Origin: Clostridia bacterium
GTDB taxonomy: Bacteria; Bacillota; Clostridia; Christensenellales; CAG-917
Reading direction: 5' to 3'
DNA: 64,000 nt
Assembly (NCBI GenBank): GCA_017553325.1
Contig: JAFZMH010000004.1
Span: 95,138-159,137 of the forward strand
How positions within the stretch are numbered: position 1 is the first letter of the stretch; the number at the start of each line of letters is the position of its first letter. Below the pieces are notes generated by a model, which was not told the DNA's origin, searched no databases, and was given only the letters and a program-made list of their open reading frames with translations. This document shows positions 24,984 to 34,893 of this stretch, in pieces. The position numbers were made by a program, and so were the translations under genes.

Positions 24984-26141
24984 TCATATTTGCCTTAAGC
25001 CCAAAAAATAAGTAGGCGCTACAATAATCGCGAAGAAAATTAGACTCACAATCTCAAACACCAAAAGGAATTTGAGCCCGCCCTTTGGGTATTCGCGGAC
25101 GTATATTCTAAAGTTGATGACGGAGGCAAGCGAGCCTATTATCGACACGAGTCCTGCCGAGTCCAAGCCGTAGAGGAGCGCGCCGACGTTCACCGAGAAC
25201 GGATAGAGCACGATTGCCGCAGGCACGTTGGAAATGACTTGACTAAGTAGCAGCGATACCCAGTATTCTCTTCCCGCCACGACGCTTGACAGGAAGTTTG
25301 CCACCGTCTCGTTTGACGATATCGTGGACGAAAACAGGAAGAAACAGAAAAACGTGATGATGAGTACGTAATCCGTTTTCAAAAGCACCTTGACGTCAAA
25401 TACGACGACGGTGACGAGTATCATGAGTGCAACCCAGTACCACGCCTCAAAGCGGGACACGATGAGCCAAATGACGATGAGAAACAAAAAGAGATACGTG
25501 AGCCTTTTGGGCGTATTGTCCTCAATCGAATCAGAGGGGTAAGCTTCGAGAGGGATGTCGGTTTTTTGTTTCAAGTTCTTTGAAAACAGCACCACGACAA
25601 ACCCAACGAGCACAACTCCCGAAATCGCCCAGATCGGCGACATATAGCCCACGAACTCCCAAACGCTGACGCCGGACTGTCCAAATATAAACAGGTTTTG
25701 CGGACTGCCAAACGGTGTGAGGAGCGAACCTCGTATCGCCGCAATATTTTGCATTGCAAGTATCGGCAAAATGTATTTTTCTTTCTTTGCAGCGCGGAAA
25801 AGGAATATCGTGAGCGGGACGAAAATTATGAGGGACACGTCGTTCGTCACGAACATAGACGTAAAGAACACCGCAAACACGAGAAACAGCCCAAGTCCCG
25901 CCGCAGATTTGATTTTGCCGGCAAGCCGAATGATAGGATTGAAAACTTTTTCTTTTTTGAACCCTTCAAGCACGGTCAACATCAAAAACAGCATGCCAAG
26001 CGTGTGCCAGTCTATGCTCTTCAAAATATCTAAACTCGGGCGAATAACGCATACGACTATAAGGGCGGCAAGCATAGCCACCCACACCATCATATCCTTT
26101 TTGACAACGTCAAAGAAGTCTTTTGCCCGTGCTTTTGTCAT
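24984..26141 (-). CDS. ArsB/NhaD-superfamily (citrate-transporter-like) anion permease
   Basis: 385 aa with about 10 TM helices. N-terminal ..IDWHTLGMLFLMLTV.. is typical of CitMHS/ArsB-type permeases. Confidence 0.55.
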   Translation of the reverse strand: MTKARAKDFFDVVKKDMMVWVAMLAALIVVCVIRPSLDILKSIDWHTLGMLFLMLTVLEGFKKEKVFNPIIRLAGKIKSAAGLGLFLVFAVFFTSMFVTNDVSLIIFVPLTIFLFRAAKKEKYILPILAMQNIAAIRGSLLTPFGSPQNLFIFGQSGVSVWEFVGYMSPIWAISGVVLVGFVVVLFSKNLKQKTDIPLEAYPSDSIEDNTPKRLTYLFLFLIVIWLIVSRFEAWYWVALMILVTVVVFDVKVLLKTDYVLIITFFCFFLFSSTISSNETVANFLSSVVAGREYWVSLLLSQVISNVPAAIVLYPFSVNVGALLYGLDSAGLVSIIGSLASVINFRIYVREYPKGGLKFLLVFEIVSLIFFAIIVAPTYFLGLRQI

Positions 26142-26152
26142 ATTTTACCCAA

Positions 26153-26713
26153 TTAGAACAACGATTTTCCTATATTAAACGCTTTGGCAACGCTTTCGTT
26201 CAAAACGACGTATTCCAAGTTGAAAGGATCAAAAGCAATCGGGGCGACCTTTTTGAGGTCGACCTTGCCGTCCGTAAGCGCAGACTCGTCCACGCTGACG
26301 TTGACGATTTCACCTTTCAAAATGCAGGTGTCAAGGTTGTACTCTTTGACTTTGCACTCGATGCACACCGCAAGTTCGTTGATGATCGGCGCGTTGACGA
26401 GTTCGCTCTTTGTCGCGGTAAAACCTGCGCGTTCAAATTTATCTTGCGTCTTGTTTGCGCTTGCAATGCCAACGTAGTCGCACCCCGCGACATGAGCTTT
26501 ATCCGCCATACTCACGGTAAATGCGCCCGTATGCGCAAAATTCTTGCAGGTCTTGTGCCCCGGGGACAGGCAGACGGAGATTTCGTTCTCCTCGCTGATA
26601 CCGCCCCACGCCGCGTTCATAGCGTCGGGAACTCCGTTCTCATCATAAGTTGCAATGATCCACACAGGTTGCGGAAGGCTCAATGGTTTTGCTCCAAAGT
26701 TTTTTCTTGCCAT
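26153..26713 (-). CDS. Flavin reductase-like (flavoredoxin) FMN-binding protein
   Basis: 186 aa. PVWIIATYDENGVPDAMNAAWGG pattern. Confidence 0.75.
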   Translation of the reverse strand: MARKNFGAKPLSLPQPVWIIATYDENGVPDAMNAAWGGISEENEISVCLSPGHKTCKNFAHTGAFTVSMADKAHVAGCDYVGIASANKTQDKFERAGFTATKSELVNAPIINELAVCIECKVKEYNLDTCILKGEIVNVSVDESALTDGKVDLKKVAPIAFDPFNLEYVVLNESVAKAFNIGKSLF

Positions 26714-26737
26714 AACTTATCTCCTAAAATTATTATT

Positions 26738-27298
26738 TCAATATTCAAGCAAACGTCCGTAGTCGTTCCATTCTCCGAACGTCTTGCCCTTTTTAGTCAT
26801 TTCAATAAGATGTGCGAGCGCTCTTTCATACGCCTGCGCGTCCCTGCCTTTGTAGAACGCAACGTTGTATAGGCGCACACGCACATAAAGCGGATCAAAT
26901 TTTTGCAAATCATCCCAAATGCCCGCCTCTTTCAAAGCGAGCACGACGTCTTGATCGGGTGTAAACCCCATATTGACGGGGAGCGCCATTCTCCCCGCGT
27001 CCGTCATAAGCCCGAGTTTTTCAAGCCTGCGCACACGCTCTTTGTTGAGCTCTGTCCAAAGACCATTCTTCTTTCTCGGCGAAAAGCGCTGCAGCCTCAC
27101 GCCATCCACGAGTTTTTGCGTGCTATCAATCCAACCAAAACACAATGCTTCTTCCACCGCGTCGAGATAATAGAATACGTCGTCACGACAAGGGTTCCCT
27201 CGTTTCAAAGCCACCCAGCATTCCTTTTCTTCCGCCGAGTGCGCCATGAGCCACCCCCTGAATTCCATTCTGTTTTTGAAGGTCAAAACGTTTTCCAT
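26738..27298 (-). CDS. YdeI/OmpD-associated family protein
   Basis: 186 aa from ATG 27298 (the track start is TTG). F.....FR.WL..H......W......YYLDAVEEALCFGWIDS pattern. Confidence 0.7.
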   Translation of the reverse strand: MENVLTFKNRMEFRGWLMAHSAEEKECWVALKRGNPCRDDVFYYLDAVEEALCFGWIDSTQKLVDGVRLQRFSPRKKNGLWTELNKERVRRLEKLGLMTDAGRMALPVNMGFTPDQDVVLALKEAGIWDDLQKFDPLYVRVRLYNVAFYKGRDAQAYERALAHLIEMTKKGKTFGEWNDYGRLLEY

Positions 27299-27299
27299 A

Positions 27300-27899
27300 T
27301 CAATTCTCGACAACCGCGGCGACTATGGCGGTTATGCCCTTGACTATATCCTCAATAGGCAAGGCAAATACGCCCTGTTTTTTTGCTGTCTGCCTCGTCT
27401 CGTACGGCACGTGGATGAAGCCAGCCGGCGTACCTCTTTTTGCGAGATAGTCCAAGACCGAGAAGAACAGATGATTGCAAACAAACGTTCCTGCGTCATC
27501 GGAAATCTCGGCGGGAACACCCGAGGCGTTTATCGCGTCGACGATTTTTTCTATCGGCAAGGTCGAAAGATACTCTTCGGGAGCGGTTTCAACGATTTTG
27601 TTCCCGCTCGCAATATACCCGTCGTTGTCGGGGAGTTTTGCAAGGTCAAGGTTTATGGCTCTTCGCTCGGGAGTGATTGCGTCCCTTCCGCCCGCCTGTC
27701 CAATCATAAGAACGACGTCGGGAGTTTCGAGGTCAATCGCCTGCTTAACCACTTGAAAACTGCGCGCAAAAGACGTCGGCACTTCAACCTTTGCGATTTT
27801 TGCGCCGCGTATTTCGTCCTTTATTCTGTTCACCGCTTCCAGCGCGGGGTTTATGCTCTCCCCGCCAAACGGTTCGAATGCCGTCAGCAGTATCTTCAT
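27300..27899 (-). CDS. pcp: Pyroglutamyl-peptidase I
   Basis: 199 aa. MKILLTAFEPFGGESINPA, ..GQAGGR.. and ..SDDAGTFVCNHLFF.. (catalytic Cys). Confidence 0.9.
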   Translation of the reverse strand: MKILLTAFEPFGGESINPALEAVNRIKDEIRGAKIAKVEVPTSFARSFQVVKQAIDLETPDVVLMIGQAGGRDAITPERRAINLDLAKLPDNDGYIASGNKIVETAPEEYLSTLPIEKIVDAINASGVPAEISDDAGTFVCNHLFFSVLDYLAKRGTPAGFIHVPYETRQTAKKQGVFALPIEDIVKGITAIVAAVVEN

Positions 27900-27901
27900 T
27901 A

Positions 27902-28942
27902 TTATTTGAGCAAGTAGGCGACGAGGAGGTCGTAGGTTTGTTTGAGCCCTTCGACGTGCGTGCGCTCGTAGCCGTGGCTGTTTGCCGTGCCAAAACCGAT
28001 TGCGGCGTGGCGGACGTCGTGCCCCGCAACCAAACTCGTGTCGCAGTCCGTTCCGTAGTGCGGAGTGAAAATGTCCAAAACATAGTCGATGCCGTTTTCA
28101 ATCGCCAAGGACCTGAGTTCGTTGGTCATCTCGTAGTGATACGGGAAACGGGAGTCCTTTGCAAAAATTGAAACCTTCTTTTCATCCGACGTCTGCTCGG
28201 GACCCGTCGGGGCGATGTCGACGGCAAGAATGTCCTTAACGCCGTCCGGCAAAACCGACGTGCCGTGTCCTATCTCCTCGTACTCCGCAAAGTAGAAATA
28301 CACCTTGCGCCCGAGTTTGACGCTCTCCTCTTTGAAGCGCTTGAGAACGGCAAACAATATCGCAACCGCGGCTTTATCATCAACAAAACGGGACTTTATG
28401 TAGCCGTTTTGAAATTCAAAGCGCGGATAGAGTGCAATGACGTCGCCCGTTTCGACACCGAGTTTTTTTGTGTCTTCGGCGCACTTTACGTCCTCGTCAA
28501 GGACGATACAGACGTTCTTTTCAAAGTCCGCCATATTCTTTCTGAGTTCGTCCTCAGTGACGTGAATTGAGTTGGGAGTACGGCAGATCGTACCCGTCAA
28601 AACCTTGCCGTCGCGGGTGTAGACGCGCACGTTTTCCGTGACGGAATAAAACGCATACAAGCCGCCCACGGAGCAGACTTTGAGAGTCCCGTCGGCGTTG
28701 ATGTGCCTGACCATAAGTCCGATGTCGTCAAGGTGCGCCGTGACCACGAGAGGGTTGCCCTCTCCGCCAAGGTCGGCGATAACTCCACCCTTGTGGATGA
28801 CGTCGTACTTGACGCCGAGGTCGTCGAGCATAGCGCAAACTGCCTTTTCGATGTCGTCACACTTGCCCGTTGTCGAGTCGATGCCCACGAGTTTTTCAAA
28901 CACGTCAAGGCAATACTTTTTGTCAAATTCAAGTTTTTTCAT
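27902..28942 (-). CDS. M42 family metallopeptidase (glutamyl aminopeptidase/FrvX-like)
   Basis: 346 aa. ..VVTAHLDDIGLMVRHI.., ..FVDDKAAV.. and ..EEIGHG.. motifs. Confidence 0.8.
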   Translation of the reverse strand: MKKLEFDKKYCLDVFEKLVGIDSTTGKCDDIEKAVCAMLDDLGVKYDVIHKGGVIADLGGEGNPLVVTAHLDDIGLMVRHINADGTLKVCSVGGLYAFYSVTENVRVYTRDGKVLTGTICRTPNSIHVTEDELRKNMADFEKNVCIVLDEDVKCAEDTKKLGVETGDVIALYPRFEFQNGYIKSRFVDDKAAVAILFAVLKRFKEESVKLGRKVYFYFAEYEEIGHGTSVLPDGVKDILAVDIAPTGPEQTSDEKKVSIFAKDSRFPYHYEMTNELRSLAIENGIDYVLDIFTPHYGTDCDTSLVAGHDVRHAAIGFGTANSHGYERTHVEGLKQTYDLLVAYLLK

Positions 28943-28962
28943 AATCTATCTCCAATATTTTT

Positions 28963-30885
28963 TCAACCTAAGTTTTCGTCGGCTTCGTTGTCAGCGTCCC
29001 CACCCTCATTGGAATCCGACTCGTTTTCGCTTGTCTTGAGTTCGTCTACATTCACCTCGTCTTTGGCCGCAACAATTTCGAATGGAATTTCTATAAGAAT
29101 GCCAAATTTTGACAACCTAACAGCCAGCACATTTGTTTGCCCATCAAGTATAGATTTATCAAACACTATCTTTTTAGAGTTTTTGAAACTAAATACTCTG
29201 TCTTCATAATCAAAACTCAATTCTTGTAAAAAACTGTCATTGAGATATAAATCCAATTCTTCCAAATACTTTTCAGTCCACTCATCGACTTCTTCAACGA
29301 CCAGTTCCAATTTTGACAAGTCGACAAGCCTGTCCTCGATTTCTGCGACGCCCTCGATTCTAACTTTTGCTCGAACCTTGATTGGAATTTTGATTGTTTC
29401 GACGTTGTCATATTCTTGTTGCACTTCTTGCAAATCTATATCTATGCGCATTGACAACATGCAATCAACAATGTCATAAAAATTTTCGCTATTAAATTCA
29501 TAATCAAAAACCTTATATCCCAAATCACCAACCAGCTTATTTGTATAGTATTCAAAATCTATGTCTCTAAATTCAATACCATATTCATCAAATAACTCAA
29601 GCAGTTCATCAATTCCACTTAATGAGCGGAAATAAAAATTCGGGAAATAGTCGTTTCTAAATCCCCCTCCGACATTTCTTACATTAAAGTTTCTGTCTGG
29701 ATTATCAAATGGTATACATTTTCCATTATTAAACTTTACATAAAATTTATCATAAGCTAATTCATCAGTTTCCGAAGGTTTAACTATTATTTGTTCAATT
29801 CCCGTCAATTTATATGGATCAATATATAAATAATAAATTCTACCATCACTGTGGTTTCCATCAAGCTCAAAACTAGGACGGCCATTCGAGCCATTTGTTA
29901 AGCCAATGAATCTGCTATCGTTGTTATATATTGCATAACAAATCACATCACCGCCAATTGCTTCAAAACAATAAATTCTATCATTAATTTCACTATTTTT
30001 AAATGTGTTTTCAGAATAATAATCTATAGCTAAATAAGTATAGAATCTGCCTCTTTCAACGGACAAATCAACTACACATGATTTTTGCTGAATATGCCAA
30101 TCATAGTCAAACTCATATTCTATCAATCTGTTGAATTCAAAAGAATTATAGTATTTATCCTCAAAATACTCTATCGCCAGTTGATGAACTAACCCATTGA
30201 AGATTGGCACATCATCAAATTCAGAATACAAATAGGAATAGTACAATTTGCCTTTTTCGTCCCAGCCGATACTTAGTTTTGAATATTTGTTTTCACCCTC
30301 AAAAGATTCACAAATCAAATTGTTGTTTTCCTCATCGTAGGTGACCCTGTTTGTACACTCACCGTCTTGATACCAACTGTTTAAAAAGATCAAATTTGAA
30401 CTATTCAAAATCTCATTCTTTTTGTCCTTTGCCAATTGATAAAAATGATTGATTGTTTGAAACAAATTTGTCAACTCATAAAACGATGTGACTTGAATAG
30501 AATCAATACTATAATACCATGGGCCTGGATTTGTGCAGTCAACCAAATACTCATCTGTGTCTTCATCATCGGAATCATCAGAAGACGTCGATGCCGTATC
30601 TGCCCCACTGTACCTGCTTATATCAACACCCGTCAATTCTTCCAAAGATTTGACTGTGTCAAGTGCTTGTCCCAATTTAACAACGCCTTCGTTTTTCTTG
30701 TTGATATTTATCACGTTGTTTGTTGTGTCATCAGGAGTGTTTGTGCTTGGCGTATCATCGCTTGGGTTGACACTCGGCGAGTTGTCTTCCGGGGTGACAG
30801 CAGGAGAACTAGGCTTTGCTGTCCCGCAAGCCACCAACACAATCACCAACAATAGGCATACAATTGTAATCAATACTTTTTTCAT
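28963..30885 (-). CDS. Orphan lipoprotein, AT-rich, unknown family
   Basis: 640 aa. Signal peptide with lipobox LVAC-G, S/P/D/T-rich linker, Y/F/N/D-rich core, acidic C-terminal tail. A sampled core line (29461-29520) is 25% GC. Confidence 0.7.
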   Translation of the reverse strand: MKKVLITIVCLLLVIVLVACGTAKPSSPAVTPEDNSPSVNPSDDTPSTNTPDDTTNNVININKKNEGVVKLGQALDTVKSLEELTGVDISRYSGADTASTSSDDSDDEDTDEYLVDCTNPGPWYYSIDSIQVTSFYELTNLFQTINHFYQLAKDKKNEILNSSNLIFLNSWYQDGECTNRVTYDEENNNLICESFEGENKYSKLSIGWDEKGKLYYSYLYSEFDDVPIFNGLVHQLAIEYFEDKYYNSFEFNRLIEYEFDYDWHIQQKSCVVDLSVERGRFYTYLAIDYYSENTFKNSEINDRIYCFEAIGGDVICYAIYNNDSRFIGLTNGSNGRPSFELDGNHSDGRIYYLYIDPYKLTGIEQIIVKPSETDELAYDKFYVKFNNGKCIPFDNPDRNFNVRNVGGGFRNDYFPNFYFRSLSGIDELLELFDEYGIEFRDIDFEYYTNKLVGDLGYKVFDYEFNSENFYDIVDCMLSMRIDIDLQEVQQEYDNVETIKIPIKVRAKVRIEGVAEIEDRLVDLSKLELVVEEVDEWTEKYLEELDLYLNDSFLQELSFDYEDRVFSFKNSKKIVFDKSILDGQTNVLAVRLSKFGILIEIPFEIVAAKDEVNVDELKTSENESDSNEGGDADNEADENLG

Positions 30886-30907
30886 AATCTATCTCCAATC
30901 GTTATTT

Positions 30908-31885
30908 TCAATATTTTGCAAACATTTCCGCAATGCGAGTTTTGTCATTTGTGACCGTGAGCGCGAGGCGCAGGAGCACCGCCGCCTTTTGCGGAGAGAG
31001 GTTGTTTGCGGCAATAGTGTTTTTAAAAAGCAACATATCTTCCGTGATGAGCCCGTCGTCCACGCGTGAACTGACAACAACAGGTATGCGCGCACTTTCG
31101 ATTATTTTGCCAAAATCAAGGCTGAACTCGCCCGCGCCCGCGCCCGCGATAACAATACCATTTGAGTGGTCAACCGCAAACTGCAAGAGGTCTTTGGACG
31201 CGTCCACGTTAAAATACAAAATGGCTACGCTGGGAAGCCGATCGAGGTGAGACACGTCAAACTCGCTACTTGAAGTGTGGGGTTTGTTGGTGGTCTCATA
31301 CAGATAAACCTTGCCGTCTCTTATCACACCAATTGCGCCCATACGCCCTGCCGATATGGCGGTGAGTTGATAGGTGCTCGTCTTTGTGACTGCGCGCGCA
31401 GTGTAGATCCTGTCCGCAAACACCGCAAGCACGCCCTGCCCCTCCGTCTCGGGAGACTTTGCCGCGCACACAGCCTGATAGAGGTTCATAGGTCCGTCCG
31501 CGGAGATGGCTGTTGCGGGACGCATTGCGCCCGTGATAATGACGCTCTTTGCCGTCTTGACGGTGAGGTTCAAAAAGTACGCCGTCTCCTCAAGCGTATC
31601 CGTACCGTGCGTAATGACGAAACCCTTGACGTTTTCGTCCTTGCTCTCGCGGTTGATGATGGACGCGAGTTCCAGCCAAATCTTTGCGGTGATGTCGTCG
31701 GAATTGACGTTGCAAATCTGCACCGTTTCAATCGGCGCAACATCTTCGATGTTTGGTATATCTTTGAGCAACTCATCTGCTGTGAGTCTGCCCGGTCTGT
31801 AGCCGGCGATATTGCCCTGCTCGCCGACGCCTGCGATGGTTCCGCCCGTCGCCAGCACCAAAATCGTACCTTTCTTTCTTGCCAT
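30908..31885 (-). CDS. ansA: L-asparaginase (type I-like)
   Basis: 325 aa. ILVLATGGTIAG and ITHGTDTLEETAYFL catalytic motifs. Confidence 0.85.
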   Translation of the reverse strand: MARKKGTILVLATGGTIAGVGEQGNIAGYRPGRLTADELLKDIPNIEDVAPIETVQICNVNSDDITAKIWLELASIINRESKDENVKGFVITHGTDTLEETAYFLNLTVKTAKSVIITGAMRPATAISADGPMNLYQAVCAAKSPETEGQGVLAVFADRIYTARAVTKTSTYQLTAISAGRMGAIGVIRDGKVYLYETTNKPHTSSSEFDVSHLDRLPSVAILYFNVDASKDLLQFAVDHSNGIVIAGAGAGEFSLDFGKIIESARIPVVVSSRVDDGLITEDMLLFKNTIAANNLSPQKAAVLLRLALTVTNDKTRIAEMFAKY

Positions 31886-31901
31886 ATATATCTCCTTATT
31901 T

Positions 31902-32417
31902 TTACAACTCTATTTCCCACCAAAGATTGCCGTCTTCCTTCAAAAAGTGGAAACCGCATTTTTTGAGCACGTTTTGCGACCTCAAATTGTCCTTCAAGGT
32001 GTCCGCGCGCACGACCTTGACGCCGAGAGCCTTGCCAAACTTCAAAAACGCGCCAAGTGCCTCCGTCATATAGCCGTTGCCCGAGTATTTTTCATTCAAA
32101 CCGTAGCCGACCTCCGTGAGCCCGTCCCTTGGGACGTACTTGAAATCAATCGAGCCGATGATGTGGCTTGTTGATTTGAGCACTATCAAAAACTCCGTGA
32201 AAAAGAGATAGTTTGCCTCGTCCTCTGCAATCTCTTTCTCAAGTCTCTTGAGAAAGCCCGTGAGCAGATGGTCCAGTTCCTCCCCCTGATACTCTACGCC
32301 AAATTCTCTCTCGAATCCCGCAAGGTCGCTATTGAACAGCGCAAGATTTTCCTTGGTATAAGGAAACAACGTGAGCCTCTCGGTCTCGATAATGTTTGTC
32401 ATCTTGTCTTTGTTCAT
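31902..32417 (-). CDS. GNAT family N-acetyltransferase (RimJ/RimL-like)
   Basis: 171 aa. ETERLTLFPYT N-terminus and ..GNGYMTEAL..F.. acetyl-CoA motif. Confidence 0.75.
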   Translation of the reverse strand: MNKDKMTNIIETERLTLFPYTKENLALFNSDLAGFEREFGVEYQGEELDHLLTGFLKRLEKEIAEDEANYLFFTEFLIVLKSTSHIIGSIDFKYVPRDGLTEVGYGLNEKYSGNGYMTEALGAFLKFGKALGVKVVRADTLKDNLRSQNVLKKCGFHFLKEDGNLWWEIEL

Positions 32418-33281
32418 TTAGTTCACTTTGTACACATACTCCCTTATCGTTTCAAGGGTGAGTTCGTCAACGATGCGGATTTTGATAGCATGCGCATAGC
32501 CATTTGCAAGCAGGTAGTTTGTCAAAAACTCCAAGTTTTTTTTGCAACACTCGCACTCGCCAAAACATAGCACATACTCTCTTTCAAAATCAAGGTTGAT
32601 TATCGGTGCGAGTTTTCTCTTGTAGTCTTCTACCGCCACGCCAAAAGTTTGCGCCCTGTGTGCGACAAACGCATCGTCAAATTTGAAACCACCGTACGTC
32701 CCCACCGAGAAGTTCTCTCTGAAAGGAATTGCATTAACTTCAGGGTACTTTTCGGCAAAAAGCTTCACCATTTCATCCCCTGCAACGATATAGATAGCGT
32801 TTTGCTCCTTTATCATTCGGATTTCTTCGGCGCCGATATTCTTGCTTGTCATTTCTGCGCCGTCTGGTTTGAAACCGCACTTTTCATAAAACCGTATCGC
32901 GCGTGCGTTGTCTTTGAGCACCCACAATTGCACTTTGGGATAGTTGGAGAGTTTGTCAAGCCCCGCTTTCATAAGCTTTTGCGCAAGACCTGTCCCAAAA
33001 TAGTCGGACAAGACGTATATCGCAAATATCTCGCCGACATTTGGCGCTTCCTCTCCACGATCTCCAAAACTCACAAACCCGACGACTTGATCCCCAACTT
33101 TCGCGACGATATGATTGTCTTTGAAGCTTTGCGCTAGTTGTACACACTTTTCAAGAGTCAGTTTTGCAAGATACTCTTGGCTGACGAGTCCCTTGTACTC
33201 TTCCTGCCAAGATTTCCAATGCACGTACGCCTTGCCCTTTATCTCGTCCACCGTCTCCATTTTTTTGATTGTTATTTTCAT
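32418..33281 (-). CDS. GNAT N-acetyltransferase with an extra ~125-aa Cys-containing C-terminal domain
   Basis: 287 aa. GNAT core (..IYVLSDYFGTGLAQKLM..N.RAIRFYEKCGF), then the domain ending ..CFGECECCKKNLEF.. Confidence 0.7.
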   Translation of the reverse strand: MKITIKKMETVDEIKGKAYVHWKSWQEEYKGLVSQEYLAKLTLEKCVQLAQSFKDNHIVAKVGDQVVGFVSFGDRGEEAPNVGEIFAIYVLSDYFGTGLAQKLMKAGLDKLSNYPKVQLWVLKDNARAIRFYEKCGFKPDGAEMTSKNIGAEEIRMIKEQNAIYIVAGDEMVKLFAEKYPEVNAIPFRENFSVGTYGGFKFDDAFVAHRAQTFGVAVEDYKRKLAPIINLDFEREYVLCFGECECCKKNLEFLTNYLLANGYAHAIKIRIVDELTLETIREYVYKVN

Positions 33282-33288
33282 ATTTAAA

Positions 33289-34347
33289 TCACTTTGTCAG
33301 CCTATTCAGCCATTCGTCCGCTTGGGCGCGGGTTTTGAAGATATAGGCAGATTTTTCCTTGTATTTTTCAATCAAAGCATACAGCACGGGTCTGTTTTTT
33401 TGGTTAAAACTCTTCACCAGTTCGACGAGTTCGGGGTCGAGCGTATTCTCCGTCCAAGGGATGTCGTCGCGCTGTTGCCCCACGCGCCCTATTATGCCGT
33501 TCATGCAGGTCTCCTCGTCAAAGTCGAGATAGAAAATGGTGTCGCACGCCTTGAACCTCACCTCGTAAGTCCTGCTATAACTGCCGTCCACAATCCATTT
33601 GGGAGCACGCAAAATCTCTTTTAGACGCCTGTCAAACTCCTCGCGCGAGACGTGAGTGCGGTCGGAGTTCCACCATACGTTGTCGAGGTGTACAAGCGGG
33701 AGCCCCAAAACCTTTTGCAGTTTCTTTGCAAACGTACTTTTCCCGCTTCCCGGTGCGCCTATCACGAGGATCTTTGTGCCGATAACCCTTTGGAAATACT
33801 CCTCTCTTGTGATTTCCAAACTGATTATTCCGTCTTGTTTGCCAATCTCTTTGAAACCCACCGCTTTGTGTATACGATACGCCGCGTCGCGAGATGTTTC
33901 AAACTCATTGTGAAGGCGTGAAATCCCGTCCACTTTGAACGCGCGCTCAAGCAACAATTCAAGCCCTTGCTTGCCGTAGCCCTTGCCACGCTCGGGAGCG
34001 TAAATCACAATGCCCATATCGTAGTTGTTTTGACTCGGGTTGAAGTGATAGTTCACGTCCCCGACGAAAGCGCCGTCAAAGGTGCGCTTCAAATAGGCGT
34101 AAAACCTCTTGGGGGATGCGTCTATCCACTCCGCTTGAATGCTTTTCCATTCTTCTGGCGCATTCGGAATGCACCCGTCGGGCGGAAACCACTTCGCGTT
34201 GTACGCCATAGTCGCGGGGTCGGACAACATTTTTTGATAGAACCATCCGTCCTCCACGTTTGGAATATACAGCGCCAACTCTCCGATTTTCGTTTTGACC
34301 GCACACTCTTTTCCCATAATTCGTTCCTGCTTCAAGTTTTCAATCAA
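33289..34347 (-). CDS. GNAT acetyltransferase fused to a P-loop NTPase (topology-modulation/adenylate-kinase-like)
   Basis: 352 aa. GNAT core (..ERGKGYGKQGLELLL..), then ILVIGAPGSGKSTFAKKL Walker A with the ..LDNVWW.. motif typical of FlaR-like kinases. Confidence 0.7.
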   Translation of the reverse strand: MIENLKQERIMGKECAVKTKIGELALYIPNVEDGWFYQKMLSDPATMAYNAKWFPPDGCIPNAPEEWKSIQAEWIDASPKRFYAYLKRTFDGAFVGDVNYHFNPSQNNYDMGIVIYAPERGKGYGKQGLELLLERAFKVDGISRLHNEFETSRDAAYRIHKAVGFKEIGKQDGIISLEITREEYFQRVIGTKILVIGAPGSGKSTFAKKLQKVLGLPLVHLDNVWWNSDRTHVSREEFDRRLKEILRAPKWIVDGSYSRTYEVRFKACDTIFYLDFDEETCMNGIIGRVGQQRDDIPWTENTLDPELVELVKSFNQKNRPVLYALIEKYKEKSAYIFKTRAQADEWLNRLTK

Positions 34348-34356
34348 GCCAAGTGT

Positions 34357-34869
34357 TCAAAAGCGGAGTTTGAGCACGTGCGCGTCAAAATAGGTCTCTT
34401 CGCCCCATTTTTTGTATCTCGTCTTTTTGTCCTCGACAAACCCGAATTTTCTTAGGAGTCCAACGGAAGCGGCATTGTCGTCCGCGACCTCCGCGCTCAT
34501 AGAGTGCCCGCCCTGCCGTTTGGCAAAAGTGATCAACGCCTCGATGATTTCGCTCCCCAACCCCTGTCGCCATAGGTCTTTCGATATGCAGTAGCCTATA
34601 TCGACGTTGTCGCCCTCGGGGAAGATACAGCAAGTGCCCACCCTTTGCCGGGTATCTTTGCTCTCGACGATAAGATAGTAACCGTCCGGCTCGTTCTCCA
34701 TATCGTCAAAATAAGACAGATACTTTTCATCTGCATTTTCAAGGAGCGGATCGCTCATATACTTGCCGTTTTGAGCGTCGCACCACAGCGACAAGCAAAA
34801 GTCTTTGTCGTCTCTTTTGTATGAGCGTATGAGCAACCTATTCGTTTCAAGAGTTGTGTTTAGATCCAT
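34357..34869 (-). CDS. GNAT family N-acetyltransferase
   Basis: 170 aa. ..WRQGLGSEIIEALI..A.. and ..N.AS..LLRKFGF. Confidence 0.75.
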   Translation of the reverse strand: MDLNTTLETNRLLIRSYKRDDKDFCLSLWCDAQNGKYMSDPLLENADEKYLSYFDDMENEPDGYYLIVESKDTRQRVGTCCIFPEGDNVDIGYCISKDLWRQGLGSEIIEALITFAKRQGGHSMSAEVADDNAASVGLLRKFGFVEDKKTRYKKWGEETYFDAHVLKLRF

Positions 34870-34893
34870 TTGTTTTTCAAATCTCGCGATAGA

